Below, in pieces: positions 62,834 to 64,000 of a stretch of DNA of 64,000 nucleotides; position 1 is the first letter of the stretch; every line of letters begins with the position of its first letter. This stretch comes from Octopus vulgaris (lineage: Eukaryota). The notes beneath the pieces were generated by a model. That model worked only from the letters and a program-made list of their open reading frames with translations. It had not been told where the DNA came from and searched no databases. The translations under genes were made by a program, and so were the position numbers. The stretch spans positions 39,618,001 through 39,682,000 of the forward strand of contig OX597828.1 in assembly GCA_951406725.2 (NCBI GenBank). Direction: 5' to 3'.

Positions 62834-63098
62834 GGAACTCAGAACGTAATGGCAGACGAAATACCTATTTCTTTACTATTCTCAAGGGGCTAAACACAGA
62901 AGGCACAAACAAGGACAGACAAACGGATTAAGTCGATTACATCGACCTCAGTGCGTAACTGGTACTTATTTAATCGACCCCGAAAGGGTGAAAGGCAAAG
63001 TCGACCTCGGCGGAATTTGAAACCAGAACGTAACGGCAGACGAAATACGGCAACGCATTTTGCCCGGCGTGCTAACGATTCTGCCAGCTCGCTGCCTT
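62834..63098 (-). mobile_element. SINE family B, long-tail variant with partial tandem restart
   Basis: Head AAGGCAGCGAGCTGGCAGAATCGTTAGCACGCCGGGC. CAGAACGTAA(T/C)GGCAGACGAAATAC occurs twice (62840-62863, 63024-63048). Confidence 0.85.
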
Positions 63099-63671
63099 CA
63101 CTCCGCCTTTTTTTCATTATAACAACACCAAACAATTCAGTAGTTTGTAATTGTTCCGTTATTTTCTTATTTATATTTGCATTTTTTCAAAGGAATAGCA
63201 CCTATATATACATTTCGCTCTTCTCCGCTATCTTAATACTTTACAAATAAATATTTCACTTTAAAAATTTATAGTTTAGTCTCTTTCTTCGGTTTAGAGC
63301 CTCCTATGTCCAGCTGCTTCTTTTCCATCTTCATTCTTTTCTGTTCCCGCTATTTCCCTTCCTTTCTTTCCTTTGTACAGTCATCGATGATTCATTGGAT
63401 TCATTTCAGATATTTACTGATCAAGTTTTTTCTTTTCATGTCACACAAGTGAGGCTTCGTCCAACAGTTACGGATTCCCGCCCCCAACCCACCCCTCTGT
63501 GACTTATATGTCTCAACAACTTTAGTTGTTGTGGATCGTTATAACAACATAATTTAGTTTTTCCTCACGAGGAAAAGCTTCCGTAAAATGCTCTTCTATT
63601 TCAGGTAACCAGGGCATGAACTCTAATGAACAAAAGGAATGAAAGAGACTAACGGGAGAGAAAAACAAAAC

Positions 63672-63734
<63 letters not shown>

Positions 63735-64000
63735 GAAATAGAAAGAGACAGAGAAAGAAAACAATAAAGCATTGTATTCAGTTATCACCGACACATTTTT
63801 TTCTATTTGGAAAATTCTTTTAGCTCTAATCATTTACCTGTATGATGCATTTAAGAAGGTAAGGATGTGTTTTTGACTTTTTCATTTTTGCTACCTGCTG
63901 TTAACCAAAAAAAAAAAGAAGGAAAACCAACGCAAAAGAACACGTTTTGCTGCGATCATTGTAGGCTTCCTGAAATATTTAGTTTGTTCTTATATACCAA

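Noticed and set aside
63380-63870. Possible first exon of a neighbouring plus-strand gene (AG|GTAACC, AG|GTAAGG)
   Set aside because: Splice-like motifs only, with no supportable ORF.

Overview
AT-rich, repeat-dense eukaryotic DNA. The SINE/RTE/microsatellite landscape suggests a cephalopod, probably Octopus; this is inferred from remembered repeat families and was not verified. The only host gene I can support is INTS14 (Integrator subunit 14, VWA9) on the minus strand. It has four coding exons (50838-50677, 48651-48481, 38144-37753, 15293-15151) with canonical GT-AG sites and consistent phases, a probable upstream non-coding exon near 54.8 kb, and remaining 3' exons that apparently lie beyond the window start. 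Almost everything else is transposon-derived: RTE LINE copies with a PHD finger inside the RT and a tandem-array 3' UTR, plus CR1, CRE-like, RTE-X-like, Tc1, maT-like and Gypsy-like remnants, at least three tRNA-SINE families, several MITEs and Helitron/Helentron-like pieces. The most notable unannotated signal is about a dozen hammerhead ribozyme motifs of the Penelope pLTR type. They include a U3-A8 covariant core and palindromic minimal stems III, sit mostly in (TA)n tracts, often as fold-back inverted repeats, and several lie on the sense strand of INTS14 introns. Most short ORFs in the supplied track are microsatellite or antisense artefacts.
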